Virus genome (UHGV): UHGV-0106252
Strand: one strand, 5' to 3'
DNA length: 41,044 nt
Source: a virus
Shown: one piece after another, positions 8,719-18,669 of the stretch
How positions within the stretch are numbered: position 1 is the first letter of the stretch
Layout: the number at the start of each line of letters is the position of its first letter
Position numbers and translations under genes: made by a program
Notes under the pieces: generated by a model
The model's input: only the letters and a program-made list of their open reading frames with translations
Databases searched by the model: none
What the model was told of the DNA's origin: nothing

Positions 8719-9546
8719 ATGGGGTATGTCTCTATACACCGCCAGTTTATGGACAGCAGGCTCTATAAGGACTCTCAGGCAGTACATCTTTGGCTTCACT
8801 TAATCCTCAAGGCTAATCACGAATCTACTGTCGTCAATACGGATATCGGTCCGATAACTGTTGATCGCGGTCAGATGATAACTGGACGCCCGTCGCTGGT
8901 CAGAGAAACATTCATCCCCGACAACAAAGTTCGGAGCTTATTACGGACTTTTGAGTCGAAAGGGATGCTTAATATTTGCTCGATGGGGAAGAAATTTAGC
9001 CTGTTTACAATCGTTAAATATGACGATTTTCAGGCAAAAAATTGTCCAACGGTTGTCCAACGGTTGTCCAACGCAAACACCAGTAATGGCGCGGCTCTCA
9101 GCGGAGATTGTCCAACGGTTGTCCAACGGTTGTCCATAAACAATAATATAAATAATATCTCTAATACTGACGTATTAGAGAGTGCCACAGCAGACAAAAA
9201 GTCTGACAAGAAAAAACCTTCCGTTAGCTGTCAGGATGTTGTCGATGCTTACCACGAAATCCTTCCTGAAGCGCCAAGAATCCGCGCACTGAATGACAAG
9301 CGTAAAAACCAGATCCGAACGTTCTGGCGCAAAGCCGGAGTGATAACCCGCCAGCTTGACGGGCATGGGTTCACGATGCAGGACTGGAGAAATTATTTGA
9401 GCTACGTAGGCGAAAATTGCCGATGGATGTTCGAAGAACGCCCAAACCATCAACGCGGAACCGTCTGGCACAAAAAGGGATTTGATTTCCTGCTTAACGA
9501 TAATACCTACCTGAAAGTTCGTGAGGGTGAACACGATGACCGATAA
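8719..9546 (+). CDS. Replication initiator (P22 gene-18 / lambda O type)
   Basis: Contains the iteron array inside the coding sequence (repeated CPTVVQRLS peptide). CAGGAGG SD before the ATG at 8719; an upstream ATG at 8656 is also possible. Confidence 0.7.
   Translation: MGYVSIHRQFMDSRLYKDSQAVHLWLHLILKANHESTVVNTDIGPITVDRGQMITGRPSLVRETFIPDNKVRSLLRTFESKGMLNICSMGKKFSLFTIVKYDDFQAKNCPTVVQRLSNANTSNGAALSGDCPTVVQRLSINNNINNISNTDVLESATADKKSDKKKPSVSCQDVVDAYHEILPEAPRIRALNDKRKNQIRTFWRKAGVITRQLDGHGFTMQDWRNYLSYVGENCRWMFEERPNHQRGTVWHKKGFDFLLNDNTYLKVREGEHDDR
9042..9170. repeat. Replication origin: 11-bp iterons plus AT-rich tract
   Basis: TTGTCCAACGG at 9042, 9053, 9064 (last base variant), 9108, 9119 and a partial copy at 9130; then AT-rich 9139-9170. 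Confidence 0.75.
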
Positions 9547-10972
9547 TTTTTATGCGCCGCCCCATAGCATCGAGGCTGAGCAGGCGGTGATTGGTGGATT
9601 GCTTCTGGATGATGACAGCAGTGAGCGCGTCCAGAAAGTTCTGGCGATGCTGAAGCCCGATTCATTTTACAGCCGACCACACAAAATCCTTTTCGAAGAA
9701 ATAACCAGAATGCACCGGGAGCAAAAGCCAGTAGATGGGCTGACGCTTTTCGATGAACTGGAGCGCAAATCGTTAACGGCGTCTGTTGGCGGTTTTGCTT
9801 ATATCGCTGAGATCGCAAAGAACACGCCAAGCGCAGCAAACATCGTTGCCTATGCAATGCAGGTTCGTGAAACCGCAATGGAACGCTACGCCATCAACCG
9901 CATGACTGAAGCGACGGAATTGCTCTATTCCCGCAACGGAATGACTGCAACGCAGAAGTACGAAGCTATTCAGGCGATTTTCACGCAACTGACAGACCAT
10001 GCAAAAACCGGATCGCGTCGCGGCCTTCGCTCATTTGGTGAGGTCATGGAAGACTGGGTTAGCGACCTTGAGAAGCGATTTGACCCGTCAGGCGAACAAC
10101 GAGTAATGAGCACAGGGATCCCATCGCTGGACAGGATGCTGTCACCGAAAGGCCTGGTGAAAGGCTCTCTGTTTGTCATTGGCGCTCGCCCTAAGATGGG
10201 GAAAACGACGCTATACAGCCAGATGGCAATCAACTGCGCAGTGCATGAGAAAAAGCCAGCTCTGATGTTCAGCCTTGAAATGCCAGGTGACCAGATACTG
10301 GAAAAACTGGTAGGGCAGAAGTCTGGTGTTAACCCGAATATTTTTTACCTTCCGGCGACAAATGACGCCGATGACGGCTATCAGGGTGATTACGATGGTG
10401 ACTTCAACAGGGCGATCGAAACAGCCAATCGCTTGAGTGAAATCGACCTGCTTTACATCGACGACACGCCGGGATTATCTCTGGCTCAAATCGTCAGCGA
10501 AAGCCGTCGAATCAAGCGAGAAAAAGGATGTGTTGGCATGATTCTGGTCGATTACCTGACACTAATGACCGCTGAGAAGGCCGATCGCAACGACCTTGCT
10601 TACGGCATGATCACCAAAGGACTGAAGAACCTTGCCAAAGAGCTTGATTGCGTTGTTGTGCTTCTGACGCAGCTTAACCGCGCACTGGAAAGCAGAACCA
10701 ATAAACGCCCATTACCAAGTGACTCACGAGATACAGGGCAGATTGAACAGGATTGCGATTATTGGGTCGGGATCCATCGTGAAGGCGCTTTTGATGACAG
10801 TGTTCCACCTGGTGAAACTGAACTAATCCTTCGTCTCAATCGTCATGGCAATACCGGCACGGTGTACTGCATTCAGGCAAATGGCGCTATTTATGACACA
10901 GACCAACAGTCTGCTGAAATGCGCCGCCGTGAACGCGAGGAACCGCAGTCCAAGAAGAAAGGAGGATTCTGA
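9536..10972 (+). CDS. Replicative DNA helicase (DnaB family, P22 gene-12 type)
   Basis: Walker A GARPKMGKT, DnaB-like N-terminal domain. ATG at 9536 overlaps the end of the initiator gene. Confidence 0.9.
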   Translation: MTDNFYAPPHSIEAEQAVIGGLLLDDDSSERVQKVLAMLKPDSFYSRPHKILFEEITRMHREQKPVDGLTLFDELERKSLTASVGGFAYIAEIAKNTPSAANIVAYAMQVRETAMERYAINRMTEATELLYSRNGMTATQKYEAIQAIFTQLTDHAKTGSRRGLRSFGEVMEDWVSDLEKRFDPSGEQRVMSTGIPSLDRMLSPKGLVKGSLFVIGARPKMGKTTLYSQMAINCAVHEKKPALMFSLEMPGDQILEKLVGQKSGVNPNIFYLPATNDADDGYQGDYDGDFNRAIETANRLSEIDLLYIDDTPGLSLAQIVSESRRIKREKGCVGMILVDYLTLMTAEKADRNDLAYGMITKGLKNLAKELDCVVVLLTQLNRALESRTNKRPLPSDSRDTGQIEQDCDYWVGIHREGAFDDSVPPGETELILRLNRHGNTGTVYCIQANGAIYDTDQQSAEMRRREREEPQSKKKGGF

Positions 10973-11241
10973 TGAATAAAAAACAATTAGCCATTCTCGA
11001 AAAGGCATGGGATGCACAAATATCATGCGCTTTGAAAGAACAGGCACTACCAATAATCCAGACCAAATCGAAAATAGCCAGGCAGTTATGCGATGACGGA
11101 TTCCTGAACGAAGTTGAGATTACGCGCCAGATGGTAACGTTCAAAGGGTATGAGATAAATCATCATGGTATAGCGGCGTATTGCTCCCATCTTCCTGATG
11201 ACGTTGACATTGATGAAATGGAAAGGGAGATGAAGCAATGA
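10972..11241 (+). CDS. Hypothetical nin-region protein
   Basis: 89-aa ORF, start/stop coupled to the helicase. Confidence 0.5.
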   Translation: MNKKQLAILEKAWDAQISCALKEQALPIIQTKSKIARQLCDDGFLNEVEITRQMVTFKGYEINHHGIAAYCSHLPDDVDIDEMEREMKQ

Positions 11242-11330
11242 CCATCTACATCACTGAGCTAATAACAGGCCTGCTGGTAATCGCAGGCCTTTTTATTTGG
11301 GGGAGGGTAATTGGAGGCTTTAAGAAATGA
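11238..11330 (+). CDS. Possible 30-aa hydrophobic peptide
   Basis: MTIYITELITGLLVIAGLFIWGRVIGGFKK; ATGA overlaps on both sides. Not in the ORF track. Confidence 0.25.
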   Translation: MTIYITELITGLLVIAGLFIWGRVIGGFKK

Positions 11331-11542
11331 GTACGATAGTTGAGCTTGTCCGCGCCGACTTTCAGGAGAACATTGGTCGTGCAAAGCGGTACTGGTCTGC
11401 TTCCAGACTTCCGACTGGCGAGAGACAGAAAAACGCCCCTAAGCCACGTAGCTATCCGCGTGACCGCGTTCTTCGCCGGTTGGTTAAAATCGATACTGAT
11501 TTTCAGTGTGACAGAATTATCCGGAACCTGGATTTAAAGTGA
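11327..11542 (+). CDS. Hypothetical nin-region protein
   Basis: 71-aa ORF, ATGA-coupled. The overlapping 11340-11537 ORF is rejected. Confidence 0.4.
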   Translation: MSTIVELVRADFQENIGRAKRYWSASRLPTGERQKNAPKPRSYPRDRVLRRLVKIDTDFQCDRIIRNLDLK

Positions 11543-11552
11543 AGGAGTGAGC

Positions 11553-11759
11553 ATGACAAATCAGCAGCAAATAGAGTTCATCCTTGAGCAGATTCGAAAA
11601 ATGCGAGAAAAGAACCAGCCAGACATGATGGAACTATGGAGACGCCAGCAGGAAGAATACCGCAAGCATATTTTTGGTGAGAGAAAACAGGATGGCTGGA
11701 GCCTATATGGCTATGGCACCAGGCCAAATAAAAATGGATACAGCCTTTACGCATACTGA
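11553..11759 (+). CDS. Hypothetical nin-region protein
   Basis: 68-aa ORF; GAAGGAG SD 5 nt before the ATG. Confidence 0.45.
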   Translation: MTNQQQIEFILEQIRKMREKNQPDMMELWRRQQEEYRKHIFGERKQDGWSLYGYGTRPNKNGYSLYAY

Positions 11760-11767
11760 GGAATTCC

Positions 11768-12178
11768 ATGAAACAGACAATTTTCCTCAGGAGTAAGCAA
11801 CAACAGCAAGCCGCAATCAACGCCATCCTCGCAACACCACTCGATAAAGACAAGCCAGTCACCATCCGCATTACTGACTACAAGCGCAACCTTGACCAGA
11901 ACGCAAAATTTCACGCGATGCTGGCGGATATCGCTCGTCAGGTTCAATGGTGCGGCAAATGGTTAAAACCAGAACAATGGAAGATTTTGTTGATTAGCGG
12001 TCATGCAGTGGCGACAAAGCAGGAAGCTGATGCTTTGCCCGGGCTTGAAGGCGAATACGTCAACATTCGCGAAAGCAGCGCACAGATGAGCGTGAAGCGC
12101 ATGGCAAGCCTGATTGAGTACACGACAGCATGGGCTATTGGTCAGGGTGTCAGATTTACCGACAGGAGGTACGAATGA
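11768..12178 (+). CDS. ninB: NinB (Orf-family recombination mediator)
   Basis: 136 aa; [22 protein letters not shown] parallels lambda NinB. Confidence 0.8.
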   Translation: MKQTIFLRSKQQQQAAINAILATPLDKDKPVTIRITDYKRNLDQNAKFHAMLADIARQVQWCGKWLKPEQWKILLISGHAVATKQEADALPGLEGEYVNIRESSAQMSVKRMASLIEYTTAWAIGQGVRFTDRRYE

Positions 12179-12351
12179 GACGACAGCGACGAAGTTTCAC
12201 CGACATCATCTGCGAAAACTGCAAATACCTTCCAACCAAACGCTCCAGAAATAAACCCAAGCCAATCCCAAAAGAATCTGATGTGAAAACATTCAATTAC
12301 ACTGCTCACCTGTGGGATATCCGGTGGCTAAGACATCGTGCGAGGAAATGA
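12175..12351 (+). CDS. ninE: NinE
   Basis: [52 protein letters not shown] is close to lambda NinE. AGGAGG SD; ATGA overlap with ninB. Confidence 0.8.
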   Translation: MRRQRRSFTDIICENCKYLPTKRSRNKPKPIPKESDVKTFNYTAHLWDIRWLRHRARK

Positions 12352-12353
12352 CA

Positions 12354-12704
12354 ATGGATTATTCACAGTTAAGTGATTTTGAAATTAACAAGCGAGTATT
12401 TAAAGCGATAGTTGGGGCAAAACCATTAGGTTATCCGCACAACGCAGATGGACGGTCTGTTGGCAATGAAGCAAATGGTAATTATCGATGGTACGACTAC
12501 TGCAATAACCCAGCAGACGCATGGCCGATTATCACTGAAAACAACATCAGCATAATTTTAAACAATCCCTCAATGCCGTGCGCCACAGACAACGCAAGGG
12601 ACTTGTTTGATGATGCCGGACCGAATGTTGGTGTCGCATATGACAATCCACTCCGTGCCGCCATGATTGTCTTTCTCATGATGCAGGACGCCAATAATGC
12701 TTAG
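12354..12704 (+). CDS. NinX-like protein
   Basis: About 117-aa ORF in ninX position; start could alternatively be the ATG at 12348. Confidence 0.5.
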   Translation: MDYSQLSDFEINKRVFKAIVGAKPLGYPHNADGRSVGNEANGNYRWYDYCNNPADAWPIITENNISIILNNPSMPCATDNARDLFDDAGPNVGVAYDNPLRAAMIVFLMMQDANNA

Positions 12705-12873
12705 CCCATCCCAATCCCTTCAATACCAGAAAGAAAGCGTCGAGCGAGCTTTAACGTGCGCTAACTGCGGTCAGAAGCTGCATGTGCTGGAAGTTCACAT
12801 GTGTGAGCACTGCTGTGCAGAACTGATGAGCGATCCGAATAGCTCAATGTACGAGGAAGAAGACGATGAGTGA
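12697..12873 (+). CDS. ninF: NinF
   Basis: MLSPSQSLQYQKESVERALTCANCGQKLHVLEVHMCEHCCAELMSDPNSS is close to lambda NinF. Not in the ORF track (58 aa). Confidence 0.8.
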   Translation: MLSPSQSLQYQKESVERALTCANCGQKLHVLEVHMCEHCCAELMSDPNSSMYEEEDDE

Positions 12874-13589
12874 GTTAATAAATGGCAATGCCATCAAAAT
12901 GACAAGCATTGAAATCGCTGAGTTGGTGGGAAGTCGTCATGACAAGGTGAAACAATCTATTGAACGACTGGCGGCTCGAGGTGTGATCCGAAATCCCCCA
13001 ATGGTGGTTTTCGAAAAAAATCAATAACTTAGGATTACTTCGTGGCGTAGAGGCTTACGTTTTTGAGGGCGAACAAGGTAAGCGAGACAGCATTATTGTC
13101 GTCGCTCAGTTGTCGCCGGAATTCACCGCTCGTCTTGTTGACCGTTGGCGAGAGCTTGAAGAAACTGCGGTTAATATCCCAAAAACGCTACCAGAAGCGT
13201 TGCGCCTTGCTGCTGATCTTGCTGAGCAGAAAATGCAACTGGAAAACCAGCTCGCAATTGCCGCACCTAAAGTTGAGTTTGCCGATCGCGTTGGCGAGGC
13301 CAGCGGAATTTTGATTGGAAACTTTGCAAAGGTTGTTGGTATTGGTCCAAACAAACTGTTTGCGTGGATGCGCGATCACAAAATCCTTATTGCTTCAGGT
13401 TCCCGGCGCAATGTGCCAATGCAGGAATATATGGATCGCGGCTATTTCACAGTGAAAGAAACAGCGGTCAACACAAATCACGGAATACAGATATCGTTCA
13501 CTACAAAAATCACCGGACGTGGCCAACAGTGGCTGACCAGAAAGCTGCTCGATAACGGAATGCTGAAAGTAACAGGAGAGGCTGCTTAA
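12866..13589 (+). pseudogene. Rha/KilAC-type antirepressor-like gene interrupted by a +1 frameshift in an A7 run
   Basis: Rha-like N-terminal part ends at a stop at 13025-13027; the KilAC-like remainder continues in another frame. Removing one A from the run 13014-13020 fuses them. Confidence 0.6.
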
Positions 13590-13879
13590 TGGTTAACCTA
13601 CGCAAAGAAGCGCGCGGCAGAGAATGCCAGGTACGTATTTACGGCGTATGCAATGGTAATCCTGAAACTACAGTTCTGGCACATTACCGGATGGCTGGAA
13701 TTTGCGGAACTGGAATGAAGCCTGACGACCTGATCGGCGCATGGGCTTGTAGCGCGTGTCACGATGAAATCGACCGACGCACAATGATTCTCGACAACAA
13801 AGACGCCAGACTTTACCACCTCGAAGGCGTGATCAGGACGCAGGCGATACTGCTGAAGGAGGGGAAGATTAAGCCATGA
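13589..13879 (+). CDS. DUF1364 (YbcO-like) protein
   Basis: 96 aa; ...IYGVCNGNPETTVLAHY...AWACSACHDEIDRR Cys/His motif typical of YbcO-like nin-region proteins. Confidence 0.55.
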   Translation: MVNLRKEARGRECQVRIYGVCNGNPETTVLAHYRMAGICGTGMKPDDLIGAWACSACHDEIDRRTMILDNKDARLYHLEGVIRTQAILLKEGKIKP

Positions 13880-13893
13880 ACTAATATCAGTTT

Positions 13894-14238
13894 GTGCTTC
13901 CATACCCGCCGTCGGTGAACACCTACTGGCGAAGACGGGGAAGCCAATACTACATCAGCGATAAAGGCGAGAAATACCGAAAAGACGTTCAGCAAATCAT
14001 CCGCCAACTCAAGTTAGACATTTTCACCAAATCACGACTCCGCATCAAAGTCATCGCAGACGTTCCAGACTCCCGCCGCCGCGACCTCGATAACATCCTG
14101 AAGGGTTTACTCGACTCCCTTATCCACGCCGGATTTGCGGAAGACGACGAGCAATTCGATGACATTCGCGTAATTCGTGGTGTGAAAGTACCAGGCGGAA
14201 GGCTTGGAATAAAAATCACCGAACTGGAGAACGTATGA
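13894..14238 (+). CDS. rusA: RusA Holliday-junction resolvase
   Basis: LPYPPSVNTYWRRRG...DLDNILKGLLDSL are RusA signature motifs. GTG start. Confidence 0.85.
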   Translation: MLPYPPSVNTYWRRRGSQYYISDKGEKYRKDVQQIIRQLKLDIFTKSRLRIKVIADVPDSRRRDLDNILKGLLDSLIHAGFAEDDEQFDDIRVIRGVKVPGGRLGIKITELENV

Positions 14239-14423
14239 ACGCCACAATTCAAACGATACCAGAGCTTCTTATCCAGACACGAGGCAATCAGACCGAAGTG
14301 GCGAGGATGCTTTCCTGCGCAAGAGGAACAGTGCTCAAGTACAACCGAGACAGCAAAGGCGAGCGTCACGTAATAGTTAACGGCGTCCTGATGGTCAAAC
14401 AGGGCAAGAAGGGAAGACGATGA
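14235..14423 (+). CDS. ninH: NinH
   Basis: ...GNQTEVARMLSCARGTVLKY... matches the lambda NinH HTH core. Confidence 0.75.
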   Translation: MNATIQTIPELLIQTRGNQTEVARMLSCARGTVLKYNRDSKGERHVIVNGVLMVKQGKKGRR

Positions 14424-15043
14424 GACTCGAAAGCGTAGCTAAATTTCATTCGCCAAAAAGCCCGATGATGAGCGACTCACCACGGACTACGGCTTCTGAC
14501 TCTCTTTCCGGTACTGATGTGATGGCTGCTATGGGGATGGCGCAATCACAAGCCGGATTCGGAATGGCTGCATTCTGCGGTAAGCATGAACTCAGCCAGA
14601 ACGACAAACAAAAGGCTATCAACTATCTGATGCAATTTGCACACAAGGTATCGGGGAAATACCGTGGCGTGGCAAAGCTTGAAGGAAATACTAAGGCAAA
14701 GGTACTGCAAGTGCTCGCAACATTCGCTTATGCGGATTATTGCCGTAGTGCCGCGACGCCGAGCGCAAGATGCAGAGATTGCCACGGAACAGGTCGGGCA
14801 GTTGATATAGCAAAAACAGAGCAGTGGGGGAGAGTTGTTGAGAAAGAGTGCGGAAGATGTAAAGGCGTCGGTTATTCAAGGATGCCAGCAAGCGCCGCAT
14901 ATCGCGCTGTAACGATGCTAATCCCAAACCTTACCCAACCCACCTGGTCACGCACTGTTAAGCCGCTGTATGACGCTCTGGTGGTGCAATGCCACAAAGA
15001 AGAGTCAATCGCAGACAACATTTTGAATGCGGTCACACGTTAG
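14420..15043 (+). CDS. Q: Late-gene antiterminator Q (lambda type)
   Basis: 207 aa, near-identical to lambda Q as I recall it, including the zinc-binding Cys cluster. Confidence 0.95.
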   Translation: MRLESVAKFHSPKSPMMSDSPRTTASDSLSGTDVMAAMGMAQSQAGFGMAAFCGKHELSQNDKQKAINYLMQFAHKVSGKYRGVAKLEGNTKAKVLQVLATFAYADYCRSAATPSARCRDCHGTGRAVDIAKTEQWGRVVEKECGRCKGVGYSRMPASAAYRAVTMLIPNLTQPTWSRTVKPLYDALVVQCHKEESIADNILNAVTR

Positions 15044-15085
15044 CAGCATGATTGCCACGGATGGCAACATATTAACGGCATGATA

Positions 15086-15113
15086 TTGACTTTTTGAATA
15101 AACTTGGGTAAAT
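15086..15113 (+). promoter_or_regulatory. Late promoter pR' (with qut region downstream)
   Basis: TTGACT (15086-15091) and TAAATT (15108-15113), in sequence context almost identical to lambda pR'. Confidence 0.8.
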
Positions 15114-15254
15114 TTGACCCAACGATGGGTTAATTCGCTCGTTGTGGTAGTGAGATAAAAAGAGGCGGCGCTTACTACCGATTCCGCCTAGTTGGTCACT
15201 TCGACGTATCGTCTGGAACTCCAACCATCGCAGGCTGAGAGGTCTGCAAAATGC

Positions 15255-15312
15255 AATCCCGAAACAGTTCGCAGGTAATAGTTAGAGCCTGCATAACGGT
15301 TTCGGGATTTTT
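15255..15312 (+). terminator. tR' terminator (end of the 6S-like short late transcript)
   Basis: Long hairpin ATCCCGAAAC...GTTTCGGGAT followed by T6, as in lambda tR'. Confidence 0.8.
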
Positions 15313-15711
15313 TATATCTGTGCAACAGGTAAGAGCATTCTCCCTTATAGGGCTTGGCTTAAATGCATTGAGTGCTCTTTCCGTTGTGCTGAATTAAGCG
15401 AGTACCGGAAGCAGAACCGGATCACCAAATGCGTACAGGCGTCATCGCCGCCCAGCAACAGCACGACCCAAACTGAGCCGTAGCCACTGGCTATCCTGAA
15501 TTCATCAGTGATAGTTACGCTGCGGCCTTCTACACATGACCTTCGTGAAAGCGGGTGGCATGAGGTTGCGCTAATAACCTCCTGCCGTTTTGCCCGTGCA
15601 TATCGGTCACGAACAAATCTGATTACTAAACACAGTAGCTTGGATTTGTTCTATCAGTAATCGACCTTATTCCTAATTAAATAGAGCAAATCCCCTTATT
15701 GGGGGTAAGAC

Positions 15712-16035
15712 ATGAAGATGCCAGAAAAACATGACCTGTTAGCCGCCATTCTCGCGGCAAAGGAACAAGGCATCGGGGCAATCCTTGCGTTTGCAATGGC
15801 GTACCTTCGCGGCAGATATAATGGCGGTGCGTTTACAAAAACAGTAATCGACGCAACGATGTGCGCCATCATCGCCTGGTTCATTCGTGACCTTCTCGAC
15901 TTCGCCGGACTAAGTAGCAATCTCGCTTATATAACGAGCGTGTTCATCGGCTACATCGGTACTGACTCGATTGGTTCGCTTATCAAACGCTTCGCTGCTA
16001 AAAAAGCCGGAGTAGAAGATGGTGGAAATCAATAA
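15712..16035 (+). CDS. S: Holin S (dual-start class I holin, lambda type)
   Basis: [20 protein letters not shown]... with the Met1-Lys2-Met3 dual start; near-identical to lambda S. Confidence 0.95.
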   Translation: MKMPEKHDLLAAILAAKEQGIGAILAFAMAYLRGRYNGGAFTKTVIDATMCAIIAWFIRDLLDFAGLSSNLAYITSVFIGYIGTDSIGSLIKRFAAKKAGVEDGGNQ

Positions 16036-16495
16036 TCAACGTAAGGCGTTCCTCGATATGCTGGCGTGGTCAGAGGGAACAGATAACGGACGACAGAAAA
16101 CCAGAAATCATGGTTATGACGTCATTGTAGGCGGAGAGCTATTCACTGATTACTCCGATCACCCTCGCAAACTTGTCACGCTAAACCCCAAACTCAAATC
16201 AACAGCCGCCGGACGTTACCAGCTTCTTTCGCGTTGGTGGGATGCATACCGTAAGCAGCTTGGCCTGAAAGACTTCTCTCCGAAAAGCCAGGACGCTGTG
16301 GCATTGCAACAGATTAAAGAGCGTGGCGCTTTGCCGATGATTGATCGCGGTGATATCCGTCAGGCAATCGACCGTTGCAGCAATATCTGGGCTTCGTTGC
16401 CCGGGGCTGGTTATGGCCAGTTCGAGCATAAGGCTGACAGCCTGATTGCAAAATTCAAAGAAGCTGGCGGAACAGTCAGAGAGATTGAGGTATGA
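16019..16495 (+). CDS. R: Endolysin R (lytic transglycosylase, lambda type)
   Basis: 158 aa, near-identical to lambda R ([24 protein letters not shown]...). Confidence 0.95.
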   Translation: MVEINNQRKAFLDMLAWSEGTDNGRQKTRNHGYDVIVGGELFTDYSDHPRKLVTLNPKLKSTAAGRYQLLSRWWDAYRKQLGLKDFSPKSQDAVALQQIKERGALPMIDRGDIRQAIDRCSNIWASLPGAGYGQFEHKADSLIAKFKEAGGTVREIEV

Positions 16496-16929
16496 GCAGA
16501 GTAACCGCGATTATCTCCGCTCTGGTTATCTGCATCATCGTCTGCCTGTCATGGGCTGTTAATCATTACCGTGATAACGCCATCGCCTACAAAGAGCAGC
16601 GCGATAAAGCCACATCCACAATCGCTGACATGCAGAAGCGTCAACGTGATGTAGCAGAACTCGACGCCAGATACACAAAGGAGCTTGCTGATGCTAACGC
16701 GACTATCGAAAGTCTCCGTGCTGATGTTTCTGCTGGTCGTAAGCGCCTGCAAGTCGCAGCCACCTGTGCAAAGTCAACGACCGGAGCCAGCAGCATGGGC
16801 GATGGAGAAAGCCCAAGACTTACAGCAGATGCTGAACTCAATTATTACCGTCTCAGAAGTGGAATCGACAGGATAACCGCGCAGGTTAACTACCTGCAGG
16901 AGTACATCAGGACGCAATGCCTGAAATAA
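16492..16929 (+). CDS. Rz: i-spanin Rz
   Basis: N-terminal TM segment, coiled-coil periplasmic domain; position after R. Confidence 0.85.
   Translation: MSRVTAIISALVICIIVCLSWAVNHYRDNAIAYKEQRDKATSTIADMQKRQRDVAELDARYTKELADANATIESLRADVSAGRKRLQVAATCAKSTTGASSMGDGESPRLTADAELNYYRLRSGIDRITAQVNYLQEYIRTQCLK
16685..16876 (+). CDS. Rz1: o-spanin Rz1 (embedded in Rz, +1 frame)
   Basis: Signal peptide with lipobox LVVSAC and Pro-rich mature region, wholly inside Rz. Confidence 0.7.
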   Translation: MLMLTRLSKVSVLMFLLVVSACKSQPPVQSQRPEPAAWAMEKAQDLQQMLNSIITVSEVESTG

Positions 16930-17132
16930 TTTTTTTTGCAAATCACAAAGTCCATTTAATGAGCCTCGCGATGCAGGGCTTTTTTATGTCCGCAGTAAAC
17001 GCGCTTCACACGCGCGACTTATGAACACAGAACCTTTCAGGATGACCCTTGAGGATGCCGGTTTGGTGATCGGTGCCTTTCTGTGGGCCGGAATCCTGTG
17101 TGACAAGGTTCATCACTAAAAGGTGAGCACTG

Positions 17133-17675
17133 ATGAATTATCCAACTATCGTTAACGGCATCGATTTCCGAGATCTGATTTTTGTGGCAAACAACGATCC
17201 GGTTACAGATTCTTTTATGGTGGCAAAAGCATTTGGAAAGCTGCCGAAGAACGTAGTTCGTGACATTGAACGAACCATAGAAGCTTGCCCTCCTGAGTTT
17301 GATACAAAGCTCAATTTTGAGCTTTGCTATAAAAACAATGAGTTACAGAATGGTAAGCCGCAAAAATTCTACCGTCTCCGCAAGGATGGGTTGATGCTTT
17401 TGGTTATGTCCTACACCAAAAAAGAAGCAATGCGTATCAAAATTGCTTACATCAACGCATTTAACTGGATGTACGCCATGCTTCAGGTTGGTCATCGTCA
17501 ATTTGAAGAAGAGAGAAATGCCGTAATGCTGGAGTACATGAAAGAGAAGGATGTTGCCAGCATGTCAGGTCGCCTGCTAAATCGCTGGGGCAAAATTAAG
17601 AAGCCACAGCTGATGGCTAGAATTGAACGCCTTGAACAGCACGGGCAAACCGTAATCCCCGGACTCATCAATTAA
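17133..17675 (+). CDS. Rha-family phage regulatory protein
   Basis: N-terminal ...PVTDSFMVAKAFGKLPKNVVRDIER... resembles the Phage_pRha domain. Confidence 0.6.
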   Translation: MNYPTIVNGIDFRDLIFVANNDPVTDSFMVAKAFGKLPKNVVRDIERTIEACPPEFDTKLNFELCYKNNELQNGKPQKFYRLRKDGLMLLVMSYTKKEAMRIKIAYINAFNWMYAMLQVGHRQFEEERNAVMLEYMKEKDVASMSGRLLNRWGKIKKPQLMARIERLEQHGQTVIPGLIN

Positions 17676-17902
17676 CGGCAGTACAGCGAAACAACCCAAG
17701 CCAGAAAGTGGGGAAATAACACTGGCAGCCACTGAAAGATGAACCTCCAGCCTTCTGGCAAAAAAGATTCTTTGTGGTGGCGGACTGATGGAAAGACATC
17801 GGTTATTGCAGAGGCCATTCAATGAGTGGTCTCGACAATGGCTTATACCCTACACGGGATAACTTAACTGATATCCCTTTTAACGGATAAACGGAGCCAA
17901 CA

Positions 17903-18145
17903 ATGGCAGAGATTATTCCCATGACTGAAGAACAGAAATTCCAGTTAGAGATTTACAAACTGGTCATGAACCAGAACGCAGCCGCAGAGGAAGCATTTCA
18001 ATTCATTGGCACTGACGAGCTGAAGCTTGAGCTATTCAAAATTCACTTCCAGTCAGGCGGCGCTAATTCAGATATCACGACCAGAACTATCGAAGCGGTG
18101 CGTAAATCGAAGGAAGCGTTAGACCTGTTCACTACCGGAGCATGA
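17903..18145 (+). CDS. Hypothetical protein
   Basis: 80-aa ORF upstream of the terminase small subunit. Confidence 0.45.
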   Translation: MAEIIPMTEEQKFQLEIYKLVMNQNAAAEEAFQFIGTDELKLELFKIHFQSGGANSDITTRTIEAVRKSKEALDLFTTGA

Positions 18146-18174
18146 TGCTCAACCTGAAATAACAACTAAGTGAG

Positions 18175-18669
18175 ATGAATATGGCAGCACCAAAGGGCAA
18201 CCGATTTTGGGAGGCCCGCAGTAGTCATGGGCGAAATCCTAAATTCGAATCGCCTGAGGCGCTGTGGGCTGCTTGTTGTGAATACTTCGAGTGGGTGGAA
18301 GCTAACCCGCTATGGGAGATGAAGGCGTTCTCGTATCAGGGTGAAGTAATACAAGAGCCTATCGCCAAGATGCGAGCGATGACCATTACCGGCCTCACTC
18401 TGTTCATTGATGTGACGCTTGAAACATGGCGCACATATCGCCTGCGAGAAGATTTATCTGAAGTCGTTACGCGAGCAGAACAGGTCATCTACGACCAGAA
18501 ATTCTCTGGCGCAGCCGCTGACCTTCTCAACGCTAACATCATCGCCCGTGATTTGGGCCTCAAAGAGCAGTCGCAAGTTGAAGACGTGACACCTGATAAG
18601 GGAGATCGCGATAAGCGGCGCTCTCGTATCAAGGAGCTATTCAACCGTGGAACTGGACGCGATTCTTGA
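18175..18669 (+). CDS. Terminase small subunit (P22 gp3 type)
   Basis: [47 protein letters not shown]... is close to P22 gp3. Contains the pac site. Confidence 0.9.
   Translation: MNMAAPKGNRFWEARSSHGRNPKFESPEALWAACCEYFEWVEANPLWEMKAFSYQGEVIQEPIAKMRAMTITGLTLFIDVTLETWRTYRLREDLSEVVTRAEQVIYDQKFSGAAADLLNANIIARDLGLKEQSQVEDVTPDKGDRDKRRSRIKELFNRGTGRDS
18448..18475 (+). promoter_or_regulatory. pac site (headful packaging initiation)
   Basis: GAAGATTTATCTGAAGTCGTTACGCGAG matches the P22 pac sequence as I recall it, inside the small terminase gene. Confidence 0.7.

Noticed and set aside
9042-9140. Short direct repeats that could be mistaken for a CRISPR array
   Set aside because: Repeats are 11 bp, mostly contiguous, lie inside a coding sequence and are followed by an AT-rich tract. 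This is a replication-origin iteron array.
9507-10233. Minus-strand ORFs 9507-9878, 9773-10000 and 9970-10233 antisense to the helicase gene
   Set aside because: Antisense to a confidently identified DnaB-family gene; Arg/Cys-rich translations.
16940-17010. Possible terminator after Rz
   Set aside because: The candidate hairpin (CGCGC...GCGCG) is not followed by a T-run and the stem is weak.
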